From: Octopus vulgaris
Taxonomy: Eukaryota
DNA length: 64,000 nucleotides
Direction of reading: 5' to 3'
Assembly (NCBI GenBank): GCA_951406725.2
Contig: OX597825.1
Coordinates: 44,392,001-44,456,000, forward strand
The notes beneath the pieces were generated by a model that was given only the letters and a program-made list of their open reading frames with translations, was not told where the DNA came from and ran no database searches. Below are positions 1-13,236 of the stretch, piece by piece (position 1 is the first letter of the stretch; each line of letters begins with the position of its first letter). The position numbers and the translations under genes are program-made.

Positions 1-3000
1 AGTCTCTTGGCCTTAATTTCTCTAACTGTGTGTATCGGCATATCCCAAAGTATGGTTGCTTTTTTGTTTTCTGTGACCTTTTCTGGTGTGTGCCTATACC
101 ATATTTTTTCTGTTGTTATCCCATAATGTTGGCATAGCTTCCAGTGTATGTAGGTTCCAACTCTGTCATGTCTGTGAATATATTCCTTCTTAGCCAGGAC
201 TGGGCAGCCAGATATAGTATGATTTATTGTTTCTTGTCCATCTCCACATATTCTGCAGTGACTTGTTATATTTCTTTTCATTACATGTTTTTGGTAATTT
301 CTGGTGGGGAGACTTTGGTCTTGTGCTGCAATTAAAAATCCCTCTGTCTCTGCTTTGAGTCCTGAGCTTCTCAACCATTGCTGGGATTTTTCTTTGTCTA
401 TTTCTTTTGCATTTAGTTTAGTCCAGTATTTACTGTGAAGGGGTTTTTCTTGCCATCGTTTTATCATGGTTCTTTGCTGTTCTAGTTTTAGTTTGGATTT
501 CATTTGTTTTATAGCTTTTGTTGTTTCTTCATCTTCTTCTTCTTCTTCTTCTTCTTCTTCTTCTTCTTCTTCTTCTTCTTCTTCTTCTTCTTCTTCTTCT
601 TCTTCTTCTTCTTTATATTTGTTAGATGGTATGATTTCTTGTTTGTATTTGTCAGCTTCCTTAAATACTGAGAACAGTTTTTTGTTTTGCTCGTGTTTTG
701 CCGCTATTTGTATCAGTTTTCCTTGCTTCTGAAGTAGATATTTCTGCAATCCTATGGTGGTTATTTTATAGTAGTTTTCCAGCTGTATAAGGCCTCTACC
801 ACCTTCTATACGTTGTATATATAGTCTTTCTATGTCAGATTTTGGGTGATGCATCCTAGATCCTGTCATTATTTTTCTTGTTTTCCTATCTATTTTGGTC
901 AGTTCATTTAGTGTCCAGTTAAGGATATTGTAGCTGTAACTTATAACTGGGACAGCTAAAGTGTTGATACCTATTATCTTGTTTTTAGCATTGAGCTCTG
1001 TTTTTAGTATTGATCTAACTCGTCTATAATATTCTTTTTTTATTTTCTCTTTCATTTCTTATCTAGTTCATGGATTCCTAAGTATTTGTAAGTTTGGCTT
1101 TGGTCCAATTCTTTTATTTCATTGGTTTTATCTAGTATGATGTTGCTACTCTTAACTAGATTTCCTCTTTTCATGGTTACTTTGGCGCATTTTTCTAATC
1201 CAAATTTCATAACTATTTCTTTGGTAAATCCATGAACTGTCTTTAATAGTGTTTCAAGCTGTTTGTCATTTGCAGCGTATAGTTTTAGGTCATCCATATA
1301 TAAAAGGTGGCTGATCGTTTTGCCGTAACATTTATATCCGCATCCAGTTCTATTTAGCGTATCAGATAGAAGCAGAAAAGGAGTGGAGAGAGCGTGTCTG
1401 CCTAGAATATTCCTCTTCTAATGGGGATGGCTTTGGTTTTCATAAGTCCCTCTTTTGTTTGGAGCTGTAGCACTGTTTGCCATTTATTCATAGAGTGCCC
1501 TATGAATTTTATAATTGTTGGTGCTACTTTGTTAATGGCTAGTGTTTCGATGATCCATGTGTGGGGGATGCTATCAAACGCCTTTTTGTAGTCGATCCAG
1601 GCCATACTGAGGCCTTCTTTCTGTGGCTGTCTTCAGTTATGGCTTTATTAATCATTAGTTGATCTTTACAGCCGTATGAGCCTTTGCGGCATCCTTTCTG
1701 CTCTTCTTGAAACAGGTTGTTTTCGTCTAGGTGTTTGTTCAACCTTTGCGATATCACTGCAGTAAATGCCTTGTACATCGTAGGGAGACAGGTTATTGGT
1801 CTGTAGTTTTCTGGTTTTGCTGTCTCATTTGATTTGGGAATTAAGATGGTTTTCCCCTTCGTGAGCCATTCAGGCATTGTCTCTGGCTCTGCTAGTATGT
1901 TGTTAAAGTTTTCAGCCAGCTTTTTGTGCATTCCTGTTAGATATTTCAACCAGAAGTTGGGGATCTTGTCATGCCCAGGTGCCTTCCAGTTGCTTAGTCT
2001 TTGCAGTGCCTGGGTGACCTCTTCAGTTGTTATGGGGGTCCAAAGTTGCTCAGATGCTGAGTTTGTTATTTTAAAATTCTTCTTTTTTGGTTGTTCGTTC
2101 GCCGACCATATTTCTCTCCAGAATTCTTCCACTTCTTCTGCCGTTAGTGCTGCAGTGATTTCTATTTTATTTTTGCCAACTTCTTGGTAGAACTTATGGG
2201 GTTGGAGTTGAACTTTTTGTTTTGTTCAAAGAAGCGCTGGCAAGGATATCTTGCTTTAGCTTTTCTTTTATCTCAGGTAAAATCTTTTTGTGTGATGTTG
2301 TATTTGCGGAGTATTTTTGTTTTCTTTTTGTTGCTCAGTATCGTTGATTGTCTACTGATTTCATTAAGAATCGACGGATCTTTTCTTATTTTTTGTATTT
2401 TGTTTTGGATCTTATTTATCCACAGGGTTGTTTTGGATGGTGGTACTCCTGTTTGGACGGGTTTGAGTTAGTATCCAGCTTCTTTTGTGGCTGCAGTGGC
2501 TGCTGCCTATACTAAGTTATTTAGCTCAGTGATATCGCTTTTTGTTTCAGTGGCTATTAGTTCCGTGAGGGCTAGGTTTATGCTGTTTATAATTGGTGTT
2601 GTTGTTTCGTCTATTTTGATTTTTGGGACGTATGGTCGGTGGTCCATTTTGAGCTCTGTGGTTTTCAGTTCTTTGATTATTCTACTTTTTATATTATCAT
2701 ATTCATTAGGCTCCCCTTCATTGTTTCCAGGTTTTAGATTTGTGTCGCTTTCTTTCTTATTTGTATGTTTGTTTGTCGTGTTACATTTGTCTTCGTGTTT
2801 TACTGTTTCAGTGTTTATATTATTGGGCATTGTTGTCTGGCTTCTATCTACATTTTCCTGATGTATTTTTTCTTTTAGATGTTCTATTTCTATTTCTGAT
2901 ATTTTTTTGCGTTGAGAATATATCTCCGTATATTTGCTAGTTTGTTAGGGTTCATTGCCGTATCCAAGTCTATAGTTATGCTGTTTTCCTTCCATATTTT

Positions 3001-3629
3001 ATATGTATGTGTTGTTGTGTTTTCATTCTTTGGGTAGAGCACTGCTGTAAAATAAGCATGTAGGATAGAAATGTATTCCTCACGTGTCCATTTATGCCTT
3101 TTGGGTTTTATTTGCGGGACATGAGGGACAACATCCGGCCCTTTATTTTGACGGTCGTCATTTTCGTAGGGTACCGGTCCGTTAATTTCTGTTGTCACAT
3201 TGTTTTGCACGTGTAGTTTTTCGTACATTTTATGTTGTAAGTTTAATGTACGTACTTCCCGATTGTTATTCTTGGGTTGAATAATATCGGTGGTATTTAA
3301 TTTCTTCGTAGTTTTTTTGTACATGGTGTTTGGGGTCGGAGATGATCTGGTGTTGATGGGTCGTAATGTACCGCGCATGTTTACATGTGTTGTGTTCGAG
3401 GTGGAGATGATATCGAGTTAAAATACATCATTTCGTTTCGAAAATAGTAATAAATTTCAATGAGTATCACTTACTCAGATATAGTCCAATCCTTTGTCAG
3501 TAAATTTTTGGCTTCATACGATGTCTTTGTATTCGATGTTTGTGGATAGATTTCGGAGCGCTGTTTTATCGCTCTCACATGTTTAACGTTCCCGGTGTAA
3601 TCTCGTTTAACGTCCCCGGTGTAATCTCC

Positions 3630-3630
<1 letters not shown>
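1..3630 (-). mobile_element. R4/Dong-clade non-LTR retrotransposon (RT + RLE), family A copy 1, frameshifted, runs off the left edge
   Basis: Minus-strand ORF pieces contain KAPGHDKI, NYRPITCLPTMYK, AWIDYKKAFDSIPH, YMDDLKLY and a C-terminal CRICG...RHDRVG region. N-terminal RHKWTREEY segment at 2890-3378. The 5' end abuts (TTA)n at 3631. Confidence 0.9.
525..610. repeat. (TTC)n microsatellite inside the LINE ORF (poly-Glu on the minus strand)
   Basis: Direct reading of the sequence. Confidence 0.95.

Positions 3631-3708
<78 letters not shown>
3631..3708. repeat. (TTA)n microsatellite
   Basis: Direct reading of the sequence. Confidence 0.98.
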
Positions 3709-3799
3709 GTTGAACGCGTGTGTTTTCGCTCGTAATCTTGTTTTCATTTGAAATTATTATTTTGTGCAAGAAATGTCAGTCATATCTATTATTATTAAG

Positions 3800-4150
3800 A
3801 TTAAGGCGGCTTATTGGCAGAATCGTTACCACGCCGGGCAAATCACTTTACAGCATTTCATCTGTCTTTACGTTCTGAGTTCAAATTCTGTCGACTTTGC
3901 ATTTCATCGTTTTGGAATCGACAAAAGAAGTACCAGTTGAGCATTGAAGTCGAAAAAATCGACTTACTTCCTCCCAGTACTTGCTGGCCTTGTGCCAAAA
4001 TTTGGAACCAGTTACTGTTACGAACGCAAGCTGTTAGAATCGTCAGCACATCGAGCAATTTTTTCCCGGCGAATAACGCTCCGAGTTCAAGTTCGGCCGA
4101 TCGACTTTACCTTTCATTTTTTCAGGATCGATAAAAAGTATCAGTTAGGT
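3800..4150 (+). mobile_element. Degenerate tRNA-derived SINE copies (short family)
   Basis: ggcagaatcgtt...gagttcaaattc...gtcgactttgc motifs, similar to 33660-33880 and, inverted, to 63640-63830. Confidence 0.6.
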
Positions 4151-5024
4151 CTGTAAATTCACTTAACTTCACTCCTCATTTTTTGAAATGTTATTAGAAT
4201 TCTAAAAATGTTATTAGAATTCGGTTTATGAATGCACATATATGTCACTCAACTGTATTTTCTAATTATCTTTAAATTTCTAAACAGCTACTGAAAAGAA
4301 AAAAAAACTAGCATTCTAGATGTCCATAGATGTGAACGAGACCTACTTCAACAGCAGTATATACACAATCAAATAGATGATGCTGTGATTTCTTTCGAAA
4401 GAATGACGACATAGTAATTTTCAATTGAAACAGCTTTCCAAAATTGATATTCACACCTGCCACCATTTGAGGATTTATTCAGTAATCACTTTTTCATTTA
4501 TTTTATTGTTAGATGTTTCTTTTTATCAGCTATTATTTTCATACTTGTTATTTATTTTCTTTTTCTTTTCAAACCTTTAATTCATATTGTTCCTTTTCTA
4601 GCATCCCTGAAGGAAATAGGAAATATTGGTAATTAATTGCATACATAGCCTTTTTACACTTTCATACACGAAAAACATACAGGAGGAAATCACGATTGCC
4701 AACAACATTGACAGTCTAAGTAAAATATAATTGATGATATGTAGAAATACAGGTACATTACCATCAGAATGAACAGAAGTGATTACATGGAAAGGATATA
4801 AACTTAGAACCAGTTAAGATAAATAAATGAATTGGTAAAAGTAATAACAACCGTAGGAAAGGATGTACAATCTTGGCATTGTTTTGAATCAATTATAAAA
4901 TTTTTTGATATGAAATGGCATAAAATAAATTGATTGTAAAGAAGTGAGTAAGAGTATCTGTCGCAGCAAAAATAAAACCCACTTATGAAGGAATCAGTCT
5001 GCTAACATTAATGTCAAAACTTTC

Positions 5025-5813
5025 GGATCTTTTCCTTTTGAACGGCAGTTTTCAACACATTTTCTAGTTAACTAAACACTTTTAAACTTCGTATACTGGT
5101 AGAATGTGTCAAAATGAAACATTTTTTCTCTTGGCTTTCTTGAGAAAATTGTAATTTGTAAGTTTAACGTAGTTTAATTTTTCGAATTTTAACCAATCGA
5201 TGGCCTCTATTTAGCTAAAATCATTTGCTGCGTCTAAAACTGAGACAACATCCTGTCACTGTTATGTTTACGTTCGGAAAGCGTGTGTATAAAATTATAG
5301 AATTATTTTGTTTGTTAATTGTTTAAATTATTTTCCATTGCTTTTGTTTTAGCCTTTCGTTTTTTTTTCTTAAGCAATGGAAAACAGTTTAAACAATACA
5401 CGGGATTCTCAAAACAAAAACTAAAAACAAAAACAAAACGAATAATTTTAGACACACGCGTAACAATTAAATTAATTTAACAATTAAGAAAAAAAACGAA
5501 AGGCTAAAATTTAGGGTTAGGGTTAGGGTTAGTGTCAGGGTTAGGGTTAGGGTCAGTGACAGGATGTTGTCTCAGTTTTAGACGCAGCAAATGATTTTAG
5601 CTCAATAGAATCGATTGATTGGTTCAAATTCGAAAAATTAAACTACGTTAAACTTACAAATTACAATTTTCTCAAGAAAGCCAAGAGAAAAAATGTTTTA
5701 TTTTGACGCATTTTACCAGTATTTTGACACATTTTACCATTTTACCAGAAGTTTAAAAGTGTTTAGTTAACTAAAAATTGTGTTGAAAACTACCGTTCAA
5801 AAAGAAAAGATCC
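5025..5813. mobile_element. Non-autonomous TIR DNA transposon with ~237-bp TIRs, 8-bp TSD and internal TTAGGG repeats
   Basis: Arms 5025-5261 and 5554-5813 are reverse complements (GGATC...GATCC). AAACTTTC is present at both 5017-5024 and 5814-5821. TTAGGG array at 5511-5553. Confidence 0.9.
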
Positions 5814-6820
5814 AAACTTTCAATCTCTGATGTCTTAAAAAAAGATAAATTAGAAATTAGAAGTCCTTTCTTAAATGATATCGCTGCAAAGATGGTAAGT
5901 AGGTTACGACTTGAAAATTCGTTAGGAGACAGAAGTCATCGCAAGAAAACTCACAAAGAGATACATTTCGAATATAAAGAATGTTTCGCGAACAAAAATC
6001 GACGATTTGACTCCTCACAAATGCGGACTACATCAATATCCTCGCAGAAATTTGTATGTAGAGAATCAGAAAACTTAAATCACAAAAAATCATGCAAACT
6101 CACTTCAAAACTCTTTTGAGCAAGAAACATTGAACACTTCGGAATCTAGACTTTGAGTTCATCGTTAAAAGTTGCTTTCTAAGAAACAAAGCCCCCCCCC
6201 CCCCAGCGACAACTGTATAAATTAACATGTTACATATTAGAAAATTCTCGCATTGTTCTATTTGTTAAAGACGTCTTAAGTTTCCGCATTACTTCGACGA
6301 TAACTTATTAAATTTTGCCTTAAATATGTTATATAATTATAACGTTTGTTTTTATCACCGATATGTTATTACCTGTAAGTATACCAACAGAGCTCATGCC
6401 AGATCAACCCTTGACATATTCAACAATATATGGCAAAATAATACAAGCAAAATGCCTGCTATTTGATATGATTCTACAAAATTCCGAGCCGCCTGAAACA
6501 AATATGCTAGTTCTCGATAAAATGATTACACTCAACGAAACAGATTTTACCAATTACTGTTTAGTAGATGTTAATTATATATACCTTTGCAAATGATTGC
6601 AAAAAGATATAAATAGACAGGAGAGAATTGCGTTTTCTTCATGCGTATATATTATAAGTATTTCTCACCAAATGAAACAAACAAAACATAAACATATATC
6701 CCCTGATGAGAAAAAAACTCAGTGTAAAAGTAACTTTCTGTTCCCAACAAAGCAACTAATTTAAGAAACATTAAAATATATACAACTTAAAATCACAAGG
6801 AAAATACAAACGAAAATATA

Positions 6821-7076
6821 AATGTTATTATCAGTCTGAATATGCTTGAGGCACGTTCGAACCGGTAAACAAGCTACTCACTACGTTTTGTCACGGAAAA
6901 TATATCCCGTTTGTTGACAAATAGTGTGTATAAACCTGAATTACCTCGTAGCGAGCTGATCTAGGTGTACACACACCATTTGTCAACAAGCGAGATATAG
7001 TCTCAGTGACAAAATAAAGTGAGTAGCTTGTTCACCGGTTCCAACGTGCATCAAGCATATATAGACTAATAACATT
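6821..7076. mobile_element. Palindromic MITE-like hairpin (~125-bp imperfect arms)
   Basis: aacaagctactcact pairs with agtgagtagcttgtt, ttgttgacaaat with atttgtcaacaa, and aatgttatta with taataacatt. Confidence 0.75.
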
Positions 7077-7243
7077 GCAACTTCACTTATCACTGCTTAG
7101 CACCACACCCCTCTGAAAATATAAATAGTAAAGCGCTAAATATAGTTTTACTTTAACTATCGTTGAAGAAAAATGGACCAATGATTCGATGGCACATAAT
7201 CTCACACCAGACATTCACACTAGGACTATCTCGCTGAACTTCT

Positions 7244-7932
7244 TTAGTCACTTGGGGATGTACTGATCCCTAGATTCTCACATTGTTTGCTCAGTTTCCC
7301 TGAAACATGAAAGGTTGCCTCATCCCTAAAACAAATTCGCATGAGGAATGTTTCGTCTTCAGAAATTAGTTGCAGCATGTGAACTGCAAACTCTTTTCGT
7401 CTTGGTTTATCGTTTAGGTGTTGCACTTTGTAAGCGTACAATCGCAGGTCCTTGTGTATTGTTCAACGTGGTAGCTCTAACTGTATGGCAGCGGTATGGA
7501 TGGACTTTGTGGGAGAACGAGAAAAGGTTTCTCTTACACGATCAATGTTTTCCTCAGATGTTCATGGTCGCCCACTCCTCTTTCTATCTAACACTAACTC
7601 TGTCTCCACAAATTTCTTGTGCCCTACTCGAATTAACGGACGTGATGGTGATCTACTCCATACTTTGTTCTGTAGTTTCGTTGAGTCTGCGTATCCGATT
7701 TTGTTTCAATAAACCATGATACACATTGTACCTTCTCTTGAGGAGTAACTTTTTCTTAAGGGCTCATTTAAAAAATGCCTCATAAATCTGCAGGATGCCT
7801 GAAACACAAAAATGCAATGTGATTTAAATCTTTGAAAACCACCGACAATAGAACAAGCCGGATTAAGATATCTTATCAATTGCCTTTGTAATAATTTTTT
7901 TTAAATGGTAAAAATACTTTATGGATACTCTG
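7244..7932 (-). mobile_element. Tc1/mariner-superfamily transposon, 5' fragment (pseudogenised)
   Basis: RRKEFA...RICFRDEATFHVSGK resembles the FSDEA(T)FH first-catalytic-Asp motif. Possible TIR start CAGAGTATCCATAAA at 7932. Confidence 0.7.
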
Positions 7933-8074
7933 ACATCTAACGGAAAATAAAATGAGTTTATGAAATTGAAAATTCTCATATGTCACTGAAAAAATATTAC
8001 TTAGGGGATAGTCACTTATGAGATGAAAAATAGTTTAAAGGGTAAAATAAATATTAATAATTAATTATATATAA

Positions 8075-8280
8075 TGTGACCTCGTGTGTATCGTTGGCGA
8101 TTTTTTTCCCTCTGTCTTCCCTTCTCTGGATCTTTCCTTCTCCTATGTTTCCGACGAAGAGCTCCGCTCGAAACGTTAAACCCTCCTTCTTTCCTTCTTT
8201 CCTGAGCGTCCAATAATACCATATTTGTTCCACGTCCTCATGTTGTGTTTTTTGTGTTTTCTTGTTTGGATTAACTTTAT
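8075..8280 (+). mobile_element. Short PLE pseudo-LTR-like element with a minimal HHR (family also at 51150-51350)
   Basis: Reverse complement of 51150-51350. Ends in (TA)n. Confidence 0.7.
8147..8181 (+). ncRNA. Minimal type I hammerhead ribozyme (U4>C mutated)
   Basis: gttt-CCGACGA-a-gagc tcc gctc-GAA-ACGT-T-aaac. Confidence 0.65.
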
Positions 8281-8293
8281 ATATGTATATATA

Positions 8294-10031
8294 CGAAAGA
8301 AGGTTTGAAAATGCAATTTTAAAAGATGTTTATTTACTTTAACGGTTTCACTCTTCGGAAAAAGATTGGACACTGGGACCAATCAAAAACGGCCCCACAC
8401 ACAAACACATGGGTATATATATATATATAAATACACACACACACACTCACACCGTTTTGACCCCCATACAGACACATATACACACATGTGCGCACACACA
8501 GCACCATGACAAATACCAATCATGCACATTCATACACACACACAAACACATGTATATGTATACACACACATACATACACACACACACAGACAAACGGGCA
8601 CACATATACACACACCATCCTACCAAATTTTAAAAAAACACACATCTATTTACACCACAATGGTCCCTGGGACCAATCAAAGACAGCCCACACACACACA
8701 CACACAAACACATGTATACATATATACACACACACAAAGACACACACACTCACACCATTCTGACCTCCATACAGACACACATATGCACATACATGCACAC
8801 ACACGCAGCACCATGACAAATGCCAATCACGCACATACATACACACACACACACAACACCAAGGCAATCACACACACGGTTGACAAACGGGCACACATAT
8901 ACACACACCATCCTACCAAATTTCTAAAAAATCACACATCTATTTACACCACAATGAACCCTGGGATCAATCAAAAACAGCCCCCTATACACACACAGAC
9001 ATATGTATACATATATACACACACACAAAGACACACACTCACACCATTCCGACCTCCATACAGACACACATATACACACACATGCACACACACGCACCAT
9101 GCCAAATGCCAATCACATACATACACACACACATACACACAACACCAAGATAATCACACACACGGTTGACAAACGGGCACACATATACACACACCATCCT
9201 ACCATATTTTACAAACACACAGACACATCTATTCACACCACATATGTATATACACACACAAAGACACACACACTCAAACCATTCTGACCTCTAAAGACCA
9301 ATCCCTCAAATCATTGATGCGTGAAGGTGAGACAAAAAGGAGAAATTCTTTTCAGTTCCACATTACTCCTCCTTCCCCCCACCCAAACACACCTATAGTG
9401 TCTCTTGAAATAGATAATATTCTTTTACGTTAACATGGTGGACAGGTTAGTTTTAGCTTCCCTACTATTATAATGTAAGCCTTTTTTAAACTCATAATAT
9501 TCTGTGCGTGTATATCAATATTCCACTGAACTTTTTAATAATTCCTTCTGCAAATTATCTTGAGAATGTGTATATTTGTTGTAATCTTTTGTGCCCAATA
9601 TTTCAATGAATTTGTTAAACTTTTTATGTTCTTAACATGCTTTTGTCACCAAAGAATGTATATATATGTATTGTAGTACTCTGTGACAACCAATATTCTG
9701 TGCGTGTTTGAATATACAGATACAATACCAATATCCCACTGAACTTTTTAATAATTCCTTCTGGAAACTATCTTTAACATGTTCTTCAGAATGTATATTT
9801 ATGTTGTAATCTTTTGTGCCCAATATTTTAAAGAACTTGTTAAACTTTTTTATGTCCTTAACATGTTCTTGTTACCAAAGACTGTATATAAGTAATGTAG
9901 CATTTTGTAACAACCAATAAATAACGCAACCATACTTTTACATGTTACTTTTGACAAACTTTTTCCAAAGAGTGAAACCGGTAAAGTAAATAAACATCTT
10001 TTAAAATTGCATTTTCAAACCTTCTTTCGTA
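8294..10031. mobile_element. Non-coding element bounded by ~75-bp inverted repeats, with internal CA-rich tandem units
   Basis: 8294-8368 is the reverse complement of ~9957-10031. About 290-bp CA-rich units start at ~8374, ~8668 and ~8961. A ~200-bp duplication lies within 9495-9925. TA flanks. Confidence 0.7.
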
Positions 10032-10070
10032 TATAATTCCACTCGTGCGGTACCCTACAACTCCACTTTG

Positions 10071-10108
<38 letters not shown>

Positions 10109-10178
10109 ATATAATAAATAAAATATATACATACATATATGTACATACTTAAATCTACATGTATATATACGTGCATAT

Positions 10179-10230
<52 letters not shown>

Positions 10231-10233
<3 letters not shown>

Positions 10234-10373
10234 TACAGGACACCACAAATAAACGTAGAACACAACGAGAGACGAGAACATAAAATCAAACAAGGAAACG
10301 GACTTTTTTTAAACAACGAAAAAACAGACTACAGGACAAACAATACAAGGAAAATTCCCCTTGGTGTCCTGTA

Positions 10374-10377
<4 letters not shown>
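10231..10377. mobile_element. 147-bp insertion in (TA)n with 15-bp terminal inverted repeats
   Basis: GAGTACAGGACACCA at the start and TGGTGTCCTGTACTC at the end, with (TA)n on both sides. Confidence 0.8.
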
Positions 10378-10423
<46 letters not shown>

Positions 10424-10775
10424 TGTATATATACATGTAGATGTAAGTATGTACATATATATATGTATATATGCATATATATTCAAACAGAGTTGTAACG
10501 CTATTTGATTTATTTTTTCAGCGTACAATTTTCATCATCCCACTACCAAGTATGACATTACCCCTTCCTTCCTTATTCATCTATCACCCCTTCCTTTCTC
10601 ATTCATAAACACAAGATTATTATTATAGTATATTATCTCGGTAATCATGGAAGCTATGAAAAATACAAAACCCACCATCACCACCGGATCATTCTACACA
10701 TCTGTGTAACTTTTCGCGCAATTCCACCCAGCCGTTTGACCGTGAATCCCAAGGCAAGAATCACCCATGTCAAAT

Positions 10776-10857
<82 letters not shown>

Positions 10858-10859
10858 CT

Positions 10860-11269
10860 TTTACTCTTTTACTCTTTTACTTGTTTCAGTCATTTGACTG
10901 CGGCCATGCTGGAGCACCGCCTTTAGTCGAGCAAATCGACCCCGGGACTTATTCTTTGTAAGCCCAGTACTTATTCTATCGGTCTCTTTTGCCGAACCGC
11001 TAAGTGACGGGGACGTAAACACACCAGCATCGGTTGTCAAGCAATGCTAGGGGACAAACACAGACACACAAACATATACACACACACTTATATATATATA
11101 CATATATACGACAGGCTTCTTTCAGTTTCCGTCTACCAAATCCACTCACAAGGCTTTGGTCGGTCCGGGGCTATAGCAGAAGACATTTGCCCAAGATGCC
11201 ACGCAGTGGGACTGAACCCGGAACCATGTGGTTGGTTAGCAAGCTACTTACCACACAGCCACTCCAGCG

Positions 11270-11271
<2 letters not shown>
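10860..11271 (-). mobile_element. Full-length tRNA-derived SINE with an internal (TA)/(TG) microsatellite
   Basis: Minus-strand A box TGGCTGTGTGG and B box GGTTCAGTCCC. Homologous to copies at 41015, 45627 and 57125. Confidence 0.85.
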
Positions 11272-11322
<51 letters not shown>

Positions 11323-11323
<1 letters not shown>

Positions 11324-11803
11324 AATTGAGATAGGGGTTGTAAATGCAACCCTCCATGGGATAACATATATCCAATATACTGCTAGTGAAGTACCCAACA
11401 AAGTTAATACATAAATGTTAAGGATTGCGATGCAATCAATTCATTTACTGTATTATATGGACAAAGGTAAAATGATTTACCACAAATTACTAATACAAGA
11501 TAAGAAAATGGAGAAATACTTCTAAATCAAATATCAATTACCAGATAATACTCAATCACATACTTTATTAAACCACCACATAAGAGACTGTAGGGTTAAA
11601 CATAAAAAAGCAGAACAAATCAGTGTACATAAAGGAATGTACATAAAAAAGTGTACATAAAAGAGTAATGTTGTATAATAATTAGAATATATATAAAAAA
11701 GAATATACATATAAGTAAATATAAATCTATACTTATGGTGGTTTAATAAAGTATGTGATTGAGTATTATCTGGTAATTGATATTTGATTTAGATGTATTT
11801 CTC
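11323..11803. repeat. (TA)n-flanked insertion with a ~72-bp internal inverted duplication
   Basis: 11511-11584 is the reverse complement of 11732-11803. Confidence 0.75.
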
Positions 11804-11825
11804 TATATATATATATATATATACA

Positions 11826-13236
11826 CAGTGGGGGGAAATATATATTCGAACATGTCAAAGTTCTTTATATATTTAATTTCTAATGAACATAAATGGGATA
11901 TACCAATACTATATTTGCATACATATGCATAAACTAAGAATAAACAAAAGAAACTAATAAATTATAGTAACTAAGGAATTTATATACAATTATAAATATT
12001 TAGAGGTGAAAAAAGTATTCGTATAGAATAAATTTATGATTTTCTATGCCACAAAATACTGTTAAAATAATATTTTTTTTTTACTAGAACTTTCTCGTTT
12101 GTTCCAATAATCTTATCAGTTGTCATTTTTAAGTGTCAAAATACTAGCTTCTTCATTCAGCACTGAGACAACATAAAGTAGTATCGTAATAATGGCGTAA
12201 AGTAACGAACTCACAAATTCAGTGAAAAAATTAATTATTGAACAGTGGAAAGCAGGTAAAAGTTACAGGAAAATATCAGATACCCTTTGTATTCCATTTA
12301 CTACCATATCTTCATTTATTCAAAGATACAACAAATCGGGAACTGTTGAAAACAGAATAAGATCCGGTGCACCACGCAAGATTTCCCCTAGATCTTTAAT
12401 AAAAACGAAGCGAAGAATCGAAAAAAAGGCAATGATCACCAGAAATGAGTTGCAAGAAGATCTGTTAGCTTCAGGGACTAGTGTTACACAACGAACAATC
12501 AACTTCAGAGGAATGAACTGAAGTCACGCTCTCCTAGAAAAACTCCGCTGTTGACTAAAAGGCATAGAGATGCCCGTTTAAAAATTTGTTTATGAGCATA
12601 AAGATAAATCTGATACATTCTGGGAAAATGTTCTATGGACAGACGAGTCGAAAATTGAATTGTATGGACGAAATTCGCGTAGCCATGTCTGGAGGAAAAA
12701 CACAATTCCTACCGCAAAGTTTAGAGGTGGCAACATCATGGTGTGTGGGTGTTTCTCTGCAAATGGTACTGGCAATTTACATGTGATAGATGGTAGAATG
12801 AATGCAGAGATGTACCAAAATATTTTGAACAATAATTTATAGGTCTCTGTAGAAAAGCTCCAGCTTTGTGAAGGGTGGGTTTTACAACAGGGTAACGACC
12901 CTAAGCACACGGCGAAGTCTACCAAAAAATGGATTGTCGATCACAATATAAAATTAATAGAATGGCCAAGCCAGTCACCTGACTTGAACCCCATTGAAAA
13001 TTTGTGGTGTTATTTGAAAATTAAAATTCATTTAAGAGCCCCAACGTGCATTGCAGATTTGAAGAAAATTTGTCAAGAAGAATGGGAAAAAAATTCTAAA
13101 GAAACATGCGAGTCATTGATTAATAACAACAAGAAGAGATTGGTTGAAGTGGAACTGAATAATGGTTATGCTACGAAGTATTAAATCAGAATTATCAGTT
13201 ATTTATGTTGTGTACGAATATTTTTTTCACCCCTAA
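11826..13236 (+). mobile_element. Tc1-like (DD34E) transposon, pseudogenised, right TIR truncated
   Basis: HTH with [32 protein letters not shown] and SPDLNPIENLW. CAGTG start. The inner repeat at 12000-12025 is mirrored at 13211-13236. Confidence 0.9.

Noticed and set aside
1834-2861. Plus-strand ORFs over the LINE (also 23194-24099)
   Set aside because: They are antisense shadows of the LINE ORF.
5511-5553. TTAGGG array as a true telomere or fusion site
   Set aside because: It is short, in one orientation, and lies inside a TSD-flanked TIR element.
8334-9287. His/Thr-rich and Cys/Val-rich ORFs up to 215 aa
   Set aside because: They are translations of CA-rich repeats, open in many frames on both strands.
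8374-9290. CRISPR-like repeat-spacer array
   Set aside because: The units are whole tandem duplications without unique spacers, the context is eukaryotic, and there are no cas genes.
10860-11271. tRNA gene
   Set aside because: A and B boxes are present, but the sequence continues into a repeated SINE body and no full cloverleaf was evident.
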